From a virus (lineage: Duplodnaviria > Caudoviricetes), in the IMG/VR virus record IMGVR_UViG_3300032092_000168, positions 1 through 29,980 of that record: a DNA stretch of 29,980 bases; one strand, given 5' to 3'. The notes beneath the pieces are model-generated. The model saw only the letters and a list, made by a program, of their open reading frames with translations, searched no databases and was not told the DNA's origin. This document shows positions 17,735 to 26,616 of this stretch, in pieces (position 1 is the first letter of the stretch; the number at the start of each line of letters is the position of its first letter). The translations under genes were made by a program, and so were the position numbers.

Positions 17735-18045
17735 ATTTGTCCTGGTCGTACACGAAAAAATCTATTCTCTGGATCATTAAGCCAACGCTTCATATATTCC
17801 TGATCTTCGAGCTTGCCCTCTGATTTGAGCTTTGCATATATAGACATTGGAATGCTTGCAACGCGGTGAAACTCACCTTTCCAGCCAGCACGTTCATCAA
17901 CCATATTGAACTCTTGCTTGTTCTCTTCAATGATGTCTGTTACATCCTGCTGGGTCTGAATCGTTGCCTCATCAGTCTCAGGGTTGTAGTGCCAATAGCG
18001 TGTGATGCCCTGATCTTTGTCTTCGCTGAATATTCTTTTTTCCAT
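17731..18045 (-). CDS. hypothetical protein (104 aa)
   Basis: VASIP...WLNDPENRFFR; immediately downstream of the capsid terminator; ATGA coupling to the GT. Confidence 0.75.
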   Translation of the reverse strand: MEKRIFSEDKDQGITRYWHYNPETDEATIQTQQDVTDIIEENKQEFNMVDERAGWKGEFHRVASIPMSIYAKLKSEGKLEDQEYMKRWLNDPENRFFRVRPGQI

Positions 18046-18047
18046 GT

Positions 18048-18071
18048 AAAAAAGGGGGGATTGCTCCCCCC
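18048..18071 (-). terminator. rho-independent terminator after the major capsid gene
   Basis: - strand GGGGGGA-GCAA-TCCCCCC-TTTTTT (GNRA tetraloop). Confidence 0.88.
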
Positions 18072-18086
18072 TCTCCTTTGCTTCGT

Positions 18087-19049
18087 TTAAGAAGTAACCA
18101 AGTCTGCTGCCAAGCCGTGGGCATTTTCAGCAAGAACTTTATGACCCCATTCAACCAAAAGCATACGCTTCTCAGCGTCACCAGTCTTTGCCAACTCAAC
18201 TTGTTGGTAAGGACGCAGGGTAGTCAACTTTGCGTACTCGGGATCGATCACCCAAGCGTCACGCTCGCGCTGGAAGCGGTTGGGGACAACTTGAACTTGA
18301 CCAAAATCGCTGACATAGATGTCGGCTGCACCGATGATGGTTGCAGGACGATCACCGCCGTTGATGTTGTAGCGAGCTGATGCAATGCCAGTAAAACCTG
18401 ACACGCGCTGCTTGTTGACAGGACCAACCATCAAAATCTTAGGTGTGCCGCCTTGTGTCCATACTTTTTGAATCACATTCTTGAGAATGGTTTCAGTGAA
18501 AGTACGCACAGTGCCGTCAGTGCGAGCTGAGTTAGGCAAGGTGGTGTAGCTAGGATTTACGCCGTTGGTGGTGTCATAGTCCACGTTGGTCTTGATGTAA
18601 GCCTGCAAAGAAGCAGTCACGCGAGCTGTGGTGGTGTTACCGGCAACAGCAATGCCGCCGTTCAACATCACAAACTCTTGGTCACGCTTTAGCTCGCTTC
18701 CGCGCTTAGCTATTTGATATGCTAATTCTGAGCGTCTGCCTGCTTTATTTACTACTTCTTCAGTATTTGACAAGACAATAGTCTTGCGTGAAATCTGAGC
18801 GTAGTTGGTCAAGCGAACAGTAGCTGTCACTGAGTTAAAAGTTACATCATCACCCTCAAGCTGTGCGTTAGCAGCAGCAGAGTCCAATGTATCTGTCTGC
18901 CATTCAAACAGAGTATTGGTGACGCTTTCGCGGCCAATGTTGGACATATAGGGAGTTTCTTCGGGAGCGATGTTTGTGATGACATTGCTCAAGTCTTCAC
19001 GAATACCCTTTGCAGAGTAGGTCGTGAACGTGTTCGTTACGATAGCCAT
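18087..19049 (-). CDS. major capsid protein (DUF5309/SU10-like HK97 fold)
   Basis: REDLSNVITNIAPEETP, FEWQTDTL, NYAQISRK, ELKRDQE, YVSDFG, LAKTGD; follows the scaffold; terminator downstream. Confidence 0.9.
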   Translation of the reverse strand: MAIVTNTFTTYSAKGIREDLSNVITNIAPEETPYMSNIGRESVTNTLFEWQTDTLDSAAANAQLEGDDVTFNSVTATVRLTNYAQISRKTIVLSNTEEVVNKAGRRSELAYQIAKRGSELKRDQEFVMLNGGIAVAGNTTTARVTASLQAYIKTNVDYDTTNGVNPSYTTLPNSARTDGTVRTFTETILKNVIQKVWTQGGTPKILMVGPVNKQRVSGFTGIASARYNINGGDRPATIIGAADIYVSDFGQVQVVPNRFQRERDAWVIDPEYAKLTTLRPYQQVELAKTGDAEKRMLLVEWGHKVLAENAHGLAADLVTS

Positions 19050-19059
19050 GATTTATTCC

Positions 19060-20052
19060 TTATTTCAAAAGTTGGAAGATTGCATTGGCCGCATCATCGA
19101 CACGGCCAGTTTTCGCGACGCGCTGTTGTGCGCGAACTGCTTCAGTCGTATTTGAGACTCTTCCTGCTGCACCAGGCTTGGCAGGCCGAGGGCCGTTGTT
19201 AGTCACTGGCTTGATGTTGCCCCTCTTGGACATCATCTGATCGTATAACGCTGCCTTACGCAGCATCAAGACCGCCCTGTGATCCACCACACTCTTCAAC
19301 TCGTCTGGTGTGAATCCGATCTTTTGACCGAACTCAACAAGCAAAGCCTTTTCAGCTTGAGCTTTCTTAGCGTCTTTCCAATCAGGGATGGCCGCCAATA
19401 AAGCCTCTTGTTCCTGCTGCAATCTCTGCTGCATGAACTGTGCTTGCTCCTGCTGCGATAACTGAGCCAGTCGTTGCTGTTCACTTTGAATAGCCGCCGA
19501 CTTCTCTTGGTTTTCGCGCATCACCTCGCGCTGCCGTACCCATTCGATGGGGTCTTCCTGATAAAGACGATCCCAATCAATGTTTGGCTGCGCCGCTTGT
19601 TGAACTTGTGATTCCAACGCACTCAATAACTGAGCGTACTGTTCACGCTCGGCACGCACTGCCTGCAACTCAGCTTCGGTAGTCTTACGCACCTCTGCGA
19701 TTTGCTGCGTTTTGCGTGTGTAATCCTGAGTCCTTGAATATCCCTTTTGAAGCTCGTCTAGCGTCACTTCGACTTCTTTGCCGTCAACTTTGACGGAGAA
19801 GACTTGTGGCTGTTCTTGCTCCTCGGTGTCTTCATCTAACTCGGATTGTTCGGCATCTGTTTCATCATCAACCGCGTCTGCATCTGTTGATAACTCTTCT
19901 TCTACCGCCGCGCCCTCATCGGGCGACTGCGCCTCGCGGTCTTCCTGTTGTCCCTCATCGGGCAGTAATCCCTCAAGTGCATTGGCTGCTTCAGCCACAT
20001 TCATTGGACCCTGTGCTGCACTGCCTGCTGGCGTTGGTGCTACTGTCTGCAT
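19060..20052 (-). CDS. capsid scaffolding protein
   Basis: Acidic N-terminus, VKVDGKEVEVTLDELQKGYSRTQDYTRKTQ, coiled coils, basic C-terminus; between portal and capsid. Confidence 0.85.
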   Translation of the reverse strand: MQTVAPTPAGSAAQGPMNVAEAANALEGLLPDEGQQEDREAQSPDEGAAVEEELSTDADAVDDETDAEQSELDEDTEEQEQPQVFSVKVDGKEVEVTLDELQKGYSRTQDYTRKTQQIAEVRKTTEAELQAVRAEREQYAQLLSALESQVQQAAQPNIDWDRLYQEDPIEWVRQREVMRENQEKSAAIQSEQQRLAQLSQQEQAQFMQQRLQQEQEALLAAIPDWKDAKKAQAEKALLVEFGQKIGFTPDELKSVVDHRAVLMLRKAALYDQMMSKRGNIKPVTNNGPRPAKPGAAGRVSNTTEAVRAQQRVAKTGRVDDAANAIFQLLK

Positions 20053-20067
20053 GGTCTATTTTCCTAT

Positions 20068-20328
20068 TTAAACAAGATTCTTTTGCGCTCGCTCAATGGC
20101 GCGTTGCGCCACCTTGCCGTTGTCCACCATCTTGGTGACCTCAATGCGGAAGTTTTCAATAGCCTTTAGCATTGACCAGGCGATCTCGCGCTTGGCGGTT
20201 TCTTCGGGTTTGCTTGACTCAAAAACCCAATACTGATCATTTCGCATCTTTTCCAGTACCGCCGAGAAAACCTCGTCATTGGCTAACTGGTGAGCCTTTT
20301 GACCTTTGCGTACTGCTTCATCACTCAT
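20068..20328 (-). CDS. hypothetical protein (86 aa) between portal and scaffold
   Basis: ATG directly abuts the portal stop; helical. Confidence 0.72.
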   Translation of the reverse strand: MSDEAVRKGQKAHQLANDEVFSAVLEKMRNDQYWVFESSKPEETAKREIAWSMLKAIENFRIEVTKMVDNGKVAQRAIERAQKNLV

Positions 20329-22527
20329 TTAAACCATTCCATTAAGGTTGATGGGTAGCACTTGCTCAACTGGCGGCGCTTGTACTTGGTTGGCGGCTTG
20401 CACCGCCTGTTGCACAAGAGCCGTCTGCTGTTGCATTGCCTCTCTGTCCATTGACTGCTGCGCTTCAATCTCAGCAGTGCTTATCTGTGCGCCGTACTTT
20501 AACTCAAGTTCATACTTCTTGAGCATTAAGTCCTGCGCCAATTGATCTCTTCGATAATCGTCATCTCGGATCATTTGCTCGCGCTTCAATTCCAGCTCGG
20601 CAGCCTTTTTCTGAATGTCAGCTTGGATCGACTGAGCCTGCACCTGTGCCAGCACTTCTTCGGGTGTGGGCTTTGGCTCAGACTGTGGCATCTGAAAGTC
20701 AGCAGGCAGGGCTTGGAAGTAGCTTGATGCGTCCTTGAATCCTGACAATTCCACAATCTTTTGGATGGTGCGGATGTACATGGCGGGTGTCACCACAGGG
20801 TTACCCAAACCAAACTGCTGCATGATCTGCTCTTGCTTGCCAGCGATCATGGTCAAACCCTGCATACGCTCACCCAAGTCGCCATTACCCAAGCCAATAT
20901 TCACCGACACGTCCATGCTCGCGTCCCATGCGCGAGGATCGATCTGCACCCACTCATTACGCAAACGCACCATGCGTGGCTTGTCTTGGTGTGTGGTCAT
21001 CAAGTACAGAATGCCCTTGAAGAGCTTCTTCATGCCCTCGGCCAAGATGCGAGCTTGCAACTCAAGCCTTTGACTGCTGGCGCTGACTGTGGCGGCCACC
21101 GCTGCCTTGGTGGTTGACTGCAACGCATCAGGGTCTAAGCCCATCGCCGCCTTGCTCATGCCGGTGCGGTCTTCGCGCATCTGATCCATGTAGTCGAGCA
21201 TGGGGAATGCGGCCTGTCCAACGAATGGGCTTGAGAATGGCTGCACCATGCCTGGCGCTCTCATGCGGATGATCGCCCCAGTCTCGTTGTTCAGCACATC
21301 GTCAATGTTGACCTGACCCTCAACCACCGCTGTACGCGGGTGGATTGACTGCGCCAGAGAATCCAGCGTATTACGCATGATCTCGGACTTGATCTCTTGG
21401 ATGTCATGCGTGATGTCAAAAATCGACATTGCTTCCAAAGGCGAGGTGTGTGGCTCGGGGTCGCAAGGGAAGTCCACAAATGGGATGTAGCTGGCGGGTA
21501 AATTCCGCACCATGGTGTATCCCGAACCCATACAACAGATTTTCCGCAACTCGGGGATGCCATCGCCGTCATAGTCCACGCGCATATACGCTTCAATGTA
21601 CAAAACCCTGCGCTGCATGGGATTCATGCTGTCCGCAGCGCCAAAGGTGGTACTCAAAGGCTGACGCGCCAAATACTCGTCATTGCTGTCTAAGTCGGTG
21701 CTGCTGATGTTCTCTTCGATCTCATCTTGGTCATATCCCATGCCAATCAGGTCAGAGACTGTCGCCATTTGGCGGTGGGCAATGATGCCAGCATCATCAA
21801 ATGATCTTGCGCGGCGATCAAGCAACAACTCCTCGGGAGGTACGGCCATGATGCGGATACGGCCATCTTTGGTATTACGCTTGATCTGAACGTCATGCAA
21901 CATAGGTTGTTGCATGGGCATAGGCAAGCCAGTCATTGGATCAGGCTGTGGCTGCATCATCTCCATCGGCATCGATGGATCGGGATAGCTGACCACGATC
22001 TTGACCTCGGCATCCTCTTGCATCAGGATTTGCACAGTCTGATCATCAAGGCCAGAATATTCTTCGATCTTGACCTCTTCGTTTTCTTCCCACCAATACT
22101 TGGCGATGCCGCACTTACGCACCAGCGAGTCCTTGAACAACGCATAGGTGGTCATGAAACCATTGTTGTCGGCGCTGAATATGTAGTTGGCGTAATCTGT
22201 CGCCTGCTGTGCACCAGCCACATCCTCTGGTCCACGCGGCACATACTCCACCACATTCTCAGAGCTGAAAAAGACTTTCATCAGGCTTGGCATCATGGCG
22301 CTGACAGTGTCGCGCACCTCCATCGCCACCACCTGACTGCGGCCATCTTCCTCGTTGCCAAAGGGATCGCCGCGGTAATATTCAGTACCCTTGGCGCGAA
22401 TCGGCGACACATCAGAGTCGATGTAACTGACAGCGTCCTCCAGCTCGGCAGAGACAATGCCCTGCAACTCGGTGTCATCCATTGGCTCAATTGCGCCAAT
22501 GTCGGTGGTGATAGGTAATTCGCTCAT
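20329..22527 (-). CDS. portal protein (P22-like, with a C-terminal helical barrel)
   Basis: 732 aa; EYYRG, GRSQVV, QATDYANYIF, GIAKYWW, EDRTG; Gln-rich coiled-coil tail. Confidence 0.9.
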   Translation of the reverse strand: MSELPITTDIGAIEPMDDTELQGIVSAELEDAVSYIDSDVSPIRAKGTEYYRGDPFGNEEDGRSQVVAMEVRDTVSAMMPSLMKVFFSSENVVEYVPRGPEDVAGAQQATDYANYIFSADNNGFMTTYALFKDSLVRKCGIAKYWWEENEEVKIEEYSGLDDQTVQILMQEDAEVKIVVSYPDPSMPMEMMQPQPDPMTGLPMPMQQPMLHDVQIKRNTKDGRIRIMAVPPEELLLDRRARSFDDAGIIAHRQMATVSDLIGMGYDQDEIEENISSTDLDSNDEYLARQPLSTTFGAADSMNPMQRRVLYIEAYMRVDYDGDGIPELRKICCMGSGYTMVRNLPASYIPFVDFPCDPEPHTSPLEAMSIFDITHDIQEIKSEIMRNTLDSLAQSIHPRTAVVEGQVNIDDVLNNETGAIIRMRAPGMVQPFSSPFVGQAAFPMLDYMDQMREDRTGMSKAAMGLDPDALQSTTKAAVAATVSASSQRLELQARILAEGMKKLFKGILYLMTTHQDKPRMVRLRNEWVQIDPRAWDASMDVSVNIGLGNGDLGERMQGLTMIAGKQEQIMQQFGLGNPVVTPAMYIRTIQKIVELSGFKDASSYFQALPADFQMPQSEPKPTPEEVLAQVQAQSIQADIQKKAAELELKREQMIRDDDYRRDQLAQDLMLKKYELELKYGAQISTAEIEAQQSMDREAMQQQTALVQQAVQAANQVQAPPVEQVLPINLNGMV

Positions 22528-22820
22528 TTTTTTGCCTTATTCCTCGCAGATATTGCTTTGGCCTTGGCTCGCGCATCAGCCTTACTGGACGCGCCCCACG
22601 CTTTCAAACTCAGCAGCAAGCGCGTTGGCTCGCCGTCTTTCATCTCTGGGCCGGCCATATTGCCCATTCTCGCAAGGAATGATGCCCTGCGCGGATTGTC
22701 GCCACTCTTGACTGGCGCTTTCAAATTCATGCCCTCGGCCTTGGCGCTGGCGCGTCCCTTGGCATTTAGACCGCCACTCGGACTCTTTCCCTCTTTACGC
22801 TGCCATGCGGGTGTTTTCAT
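22524..22820 (-). CDS. small basic protein (DUF6321-like)
   Basis: PAWQRKEGK...GGLNAKGRAS...RRASFLARM...SLKAW; Lys/Arg/Ala-rich. Confidence 0.7.
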   Translation of the reverse strand: MKTPAWQRKEGKSPSGGLNAKGRASAKAEGMNLKAPVKSGDNPRRASFLARMGNMAGPEMKDGEPTRLLLSLKAWGASSKADARAKAKAISARNKAKK

Positions 22821-23313
22821 AAGGCACTTTCTTTAGGACTACATACATGGAGTCAACGGCGCGAGGCAGCCGCATCAACTCATCTTGCGGTAATTTTAGA
22901 CTCGCACCATAGTCGCTGAGACGCATCTCCAAATGCACCAGCTCAAATCTGCTGCCATTCCATCCCAAATACCACGCCCAATCGCAGTAGTACACCCAAG
23001 ACTTCTCGTTAAACGCACGCATATGGGTCGGGTCTTGCCACGCGCCATAGCTCAAGTCGTAGGGTACATGGATGTGCATCTCGCCGCCATCCACCAATAA
23101 GTCGCGGCAGTTGGTCATTGCGCTGACTAGATCAGGCAAATGCTCAAGCACATCATTGGCAATGATCTTGGCAAAGCGCATATCGGTGTCCAATGGCTTG
23201 CAGATATCCACCACCCAATCGGCGCCAACATCTGCGCGAATGTCAGCATTCACGCAATCTTCGCGGCGGTCTTTGCCAGAACCGAGATTAAGAGTTAAAC
23301 CAGACGGCTGCAT
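22795..23313 (-). CDS. class I SAM-dependent methyltransferase-like protein
   Basis: LNLGSG motif I, ADI, DVLEHL, LVDGG...VP and DPTH. Confidence 0.78.
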   Translation of the reverse strand: MQPSGLTLNLGSGKDRREDCVNADIRADVGADWVVDICKPLDTDMRFAKIIANDVLEHLPDLVSAMTNCRDLLVDGGEMHIHVPYDLSYGAWQDPTHMRAFNEKSWVYYCDWAWYLGWNGSRFELVHLEMRLSDYGASLKLPQDELMRLPRAVDSMYVVLKKVPYENTRMAA

Positions 23314-23986
23314 ATTGAGGTCTATTCTTTCTTATCCAAGGCACTGCCTGCTGGGTCAGTCGGTTGCCGTCCATACCAATAGTCTGACTGCCAATGTGGT
23401 GGACATAGGATCGCGACAAATAATGGTGGAAACCAGCGGCACGCAAGTCTTCGCAATGCACATCATCCGAGTACCAATTCAATGGCGGGAACTTGAAGCA
23501 GTCCCAAGCATCTTTCCCAATCCAGCCAAAGATGGGACTTAGCACCTCCATCGGCACAATGGCATCCTCATAGGGGTACTTGAAGTAGTGCAACTGCTGA
23601 TCAAAGGGATTGCTCCGCACATTCTGCACAGGACGCGCCGCGTCACACCGCGCTGACACCCATCCCACTGGCTCGCCAGTTTCGTGTATCAATTGAGATA
23701 CATCCTCCATCAGATAGCGGTAGCTGGTGGGGGTCAGCACAATGTCATCATTGGCGCAGATCACTGAGCCAAAGCCATCGTTAAAGGCGCGATCAATGAC
23801 ATCGTTGTAGTCATCACCGAAATTGTGCGGCGCACCAAAGATCTTCAGATCAGCGTCATAGCCGCCAATAATGGACTCGGGTCCGCGCAAATAGACAGGC
23901 ACTTCGGGACAATACTCGGCAATGCTTGTGAGCATCACCCGCAAACCTTTGCCGTGTACTGTGCTGATGCAAATCGGTGAGATCAC
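23288..23986 (-). CDS. GT2-like glycosyltransferase
   Basis: NFGDDYN, ICANDDIVL (NDD), WYSDDVHC, VHHIGSQT; GTGA coupling. Confidence 0.75.
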   Translation of the reverse strand: MISPICISTVHGKGLRVMLTSIAEYCPEVPVYLRGPESIIGGYDADLKIFGAPHNFGDDYNDVIDRAFNDGFGSVICANDDIVLTPTSYRYLMEDVSQLIHETGEPVGWVSARCDAARPVQNVRSNPFDQQLHYFKYPYEDAIVPMEVLSPIFGWIGKDAWDCFKFPPLNWYSDDVHCEDLRAAGFHHYLSRSYVHHIGSQTIGMDGNRLTQQAVPWIRKNRPQYAAVWFNS

Positions 23987-24147
23987 TTCTTTGGCTTTGG
24001 CTTCTTGGCAGTCTTTGCGGCCAACTTGAAGTCAGCAGCAGACGGCGCGGCCTTGCTGCCAACCTTGTTCATCTTCTCGCCGCTGCCTTTGGCTATCCGA
24101 GCCTGTTTTGCATTGATGTTGGCATAGAGGCCAGGCTTAGTCTTCAT
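23983..24147 (-). CDS. small Lys/Ala-rich basic protein (54 aa)
   Basis: MKTKPGLYANINAKQARI...AAKTAKKPKPKK; ATG 24147 overlaps the upstream stop by 11 nt. Confidence 0.72.
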   Translation of the reverse strand: MKTKPGLYANINAKQARIAKGSGEKMNKVGSKAAPSAADFKLAAKTAKKPKPKK

Positions 24148-24625
24148 TTTTTGTTCCAATCTTGATTGTGAGTAAGGATCGGCCATCATCAGAATCGCTC
24201 TCTTCCTCATTTTCTTCCACCACCCAAGCTGAACAAGTACGGCTGGACGCGCACTTGAAATCAAAAATTTCGCAATAACCCAAGTCGCCAGCGTCAATCA
24301 TTGCCCATGGGTCGCCCTCTTCGCCAATACCTTTGGCAATGCACTCAAGCATCGAGTCATCCTGATTGAACGCGGCGCAGTTACCGCAAACGCTCATCTT
24401 CGCCTCTTCGGGATCAACTTCCCACTCACGCGCCATCTCCATCCAAAACTGCTTGTTGGGCAGCTTTGGATTCTCTGGACCATAGTTCGCAGAGTTAATC
24501 GCCTTGGCGCGATTCTTCAGATTTAACGTGATATCTTGCGTTGCCATGGGACAGCTCTCTTCGCCGCCCTCATAACCCTCGTCCTGATCCATGGCTTGAT
24601 CCATGGTGCGTTTTAAGGTTGCCAT
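24137..24625 (-). CDS. acidic Cys-rich protein, possible metal/Fe-S binding (HiPIP-like pattern)
   Basis: CGNCAAF...GYCEIFDFKCASSRTCSAW; TAATG coupling. Confidence 0.7.
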   Translation of the reverse strand: MATLKRTMDQAMDQDEGYEGGEESCPMATQDITLNLKNRAKAINSANYGPENPKLPNKQFWMEMAREWEVDPEEAKMSVCGNCAAFNQDDSMLECIAKGIGEEGDPWAMIDAGDLGYCEIFDFKCASSRTCSAWVVEENEEESDSDDGRSLLTIKIGTKNED

Positions 24626-24819
24626 TACTTCATCCCCTTTGATTTCATGTTCTTGGCTGTACGGCTGCCGCGCATAGGCAGCTTCGCCTCAGACATTGCG
24701 ATCGCAATCGCCTGCTTCGGGTTCTTGACAACTTTGCCGCCTTTGCCGCTGTGCAATGTGCCTGCCTTGTACTCGCCCATCACCTTGCCAACTTTCTTGG
24801 CTGCTTTGGTCATCTTCAT
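24625..24819 (-). CDS. small basic protein (DUF6496-like)
   Basis: KVGKVMGEYKAGTLHSG...KQAIAIAMSEA; AAGGGG RBS. Confidence 0.75.
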   Translation of the reverse strand: MKMTKAAKKVGKVMGEYKAGTLHSGKGGKVVKNPKQAIAIAMSEAKLPMRGSRTAKNMKSKGMK

Positions 24820-24849
24820 TTGAATACCCCTTTAAAAACAATTAACGAA

Positions 24850-26331
24850 TTATGCAACCCTTGAGAGGTTTCTTTTCAACGGCTGGCTCCACTTGGTGCT
24901 GGCCTTGGACCCCATCATGCCAATCACCGCATCTGATGCGAATGTCAAGCAAAACGCATCAGCCTTGTCAGGCGAGGCCAAGCCGCGCTTCTTGATATCG
25001 TCCTTGCTCTCAATCTGAATCTTGCCGTTGCTTGTAAACATATACCTGACAGTCGCCAACTCAGCCACCAGCAGCTCATCTTTGGGCAACCGACAGTCCC
25101 TCTGCTCCAACCACGCCTTGGCCTTGTACCAAAGCTCGGCCTTTAAATTCCTGTAAGTACCGCCCATGGCCGGTGACTCCGACACATTGATGCCGCGAGC
25201 TGGCAGATTCAACTCTTTGAGCCTATCCACCACGCCAGCACCCAATCCAATGGAGTCCACCAATATTTCCTCTGGCCTGTCGCTCGGCGCCAACGCCTCA
25301 AACTCAGCCACCACCGCACCAGTCAACTGCATCAGGTCCAGATTCTTCCAAGTCTTTATAGGCTCAATCACCGCGTTGCCGCGCCTCTTGCACAGTGCCG
25401 ATCGGTCAGAGCCAAACCGCGCAACGTCCAATCCCCATACCAGTGGAGCATAAGGTGACGCCTCAACGTCCCGATTCATCGCCAAATCCAGTAGCTCCAT
25501 GGGAATGACAGTATCTTCATCACTTCTGGGGAATTCACCCAAGACGCGGATGCGGTAGGCGTTGGACTCCTCGCCATACCGCGCTTTCATCTCCTCTATG
25601 TATGCTTCGCTCACCCGCGGCGAGTCGGCGCAGCTCACGCGCATGGTGATCCAGTCACCCGCCAATCGATTATGGGTATCAAAGAAGAAACCGCTGGAAC
25701 GCACAGGGTTGCCAAGCAGTAGCGTGACGGCGTTGTGGCCTGACATCGAACCAGACGCGGCCTCAAACACTTTCTCAGGCACGCCGGACGCCTCGTCAGC
25801 CACCAGCATCACGTTGTCGCTGTGGACGCCCTGTAACGCCTCGGGCTGCTCTGCGCGGGAAGTCCTGGCAGAGATGAACGCCTCTTCGTTGGCGTCTTTC
25901 ACCTCAATGCGGTCCTGCTTCACCTCCAACTGGTCAGCCAGCATGGGGGGCAGCACCTTGACCCAACGCTTGACCTCGGCGAACAAGGCGTCATAGAGCT
26001 GTGAGCTGGTGGGCGCTGTGACCACCACCTTGACAGGGAAGCGCAGGAATAGATACCAAATCATCGCCCACGCGCTGGCGGTGGACTTACCCACGCCGTG
26101 GCCGGACCTGACCGAGATGCGGCGGTTGCCGGCGGCGATGTGGTTTAGGAACTCCACTTGCCACTCATCAGGCTCGGTGTTCAGTACCTCCTTGACAAAC
26201 AGGACAGGGTTGTTCTTGTAGAGCTTGACGAATTCGACAAAAGGGTTATTCACCACCAAATCATTCGAATTTTTTTTCGGGGGGCGCTTTTGCGCGGTGG
26301 GGGGTAGGGGGGTGGGGGTCGGGTTGCTCAT
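24850..26331 (-). CDS. terL: terminase large subunit
   Basis: Walker A SGHGVGKS, Walker B LVADEA, coupling motif GNP, nuclease motifs GLDVA and SPDKAD; exact start uncertain. Confidence 0.93.
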   Translation of the reverse strand: MSNPTPTPLPPTAQKRPPKKNSNDLVVNNPFVEFVKLYKNNPVLFVKEVLNTEPDEWQVEFLNHIAAGNRRISVRSGHGVGKSTASAWAMIWYLFLRFPVKVVVTAPTSSQLYDALFAEVKRWVKVLPPMLADQLEVKQDRIEVKDANEEAFISARTSRAEQPEALQGVHSDNVMLVADEASGVPEKVFEAASGSMSGHNAVTLLLGNPVRSSGFFFDTHNRLAGDWITMRVSCADSPRVSEAYIEEMKARYGEESNAYRIRVLGEFPRSDEDTVIPMELLDLAMNRDVEASPYAPLVWGLDVARFGSDRSALCKRRGNAVIEPIKTWKNLDLMQLTGAVVAEFEALAPSDRPEEILVDSIGLGAGVVDRLKELNLPARGINVSESPAMGGTYRNLKAELWYKAKAWLEQRDCRLPKDELLVAELATVRYMFTSNGKIQIESKDDIKKRGLASPDKADAFCLTFASDAVIGMMGSKASTKWSQPLKRNLSRVA

Positions 26332-26469
26332 GGCGATATGTGTTTAGGTGCAGCTACAGCCGCCCCCGCCGCCGCGAGCAAGGGGGGGGTCGCCGCCGCC
26401 GCGCCAGCCACGGCCACGCGCTGGCGGCCAGTAAACGGCTGCAAAGTTATCCACAGGTCGATTTGTCTG

Positions 26470-26482
26470 TAAGTCATTGATT
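26470..26482 (-). promoter_or_regulatory. IHF binding site
   Basis: - strand AATCAATGACTTA is a perfect WATCAANNNNTTR match. Confidence 0.7.
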
Positions 26483-26515
26483 CATATGCTTTCTTACATT
26501 AACCTTACATAATCG

Positions 26516-26543
26516 GTTTAATACAATCACTATTATGTTAACT
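26516..26543 (+). other. dif/cer-like XerCD recombination site
   Basis: GTTTAATACAA-TCACTA-TTATGTTAACT; right arm 10/11 to the XerD arm TTATGTTAAAT, 6-bp spacer, left arm ends in TACAA like cer. Confidence 0.55.
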
Positions 26544-26569
26544 ATATTGTGGATAACTCGGTCTGTTTT

Positions 26570-26584
26570 GCTTAATAAACAAGC
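26570..26584. promoter_or_regulatory. Fis-like site
   Basis: GCTTAATAAACAAGC fits G-N2-YR-N5(AT-rich)-YR-N2-C, within the inverted repeat TTGCTT...AAGCAA; the consensus is degenerate. Confidence 0.4.
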
Positions 26585-26616
26585 AATTTGCGGTTGTCCA
26601 CAGGGCAATGTGTACA

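Noticed and set aside
21895-22518. 207-aa His-rich + strand ORF
   Set aside because: Antisense shadow of the portal gene (ATG/GAT/GTG codons read as His)
23983-24297. 104-aa version of the basic ORF
   Set aside because: The N-terminal extension overlaps the Cys-rich gene; ATG 24147 gives the coupled, coherent protein
26270-26284. A8/C6 run near the terL start as a programmed frameshift
   Set aside because: terL is open without a shift and no useful alternative frame is evident
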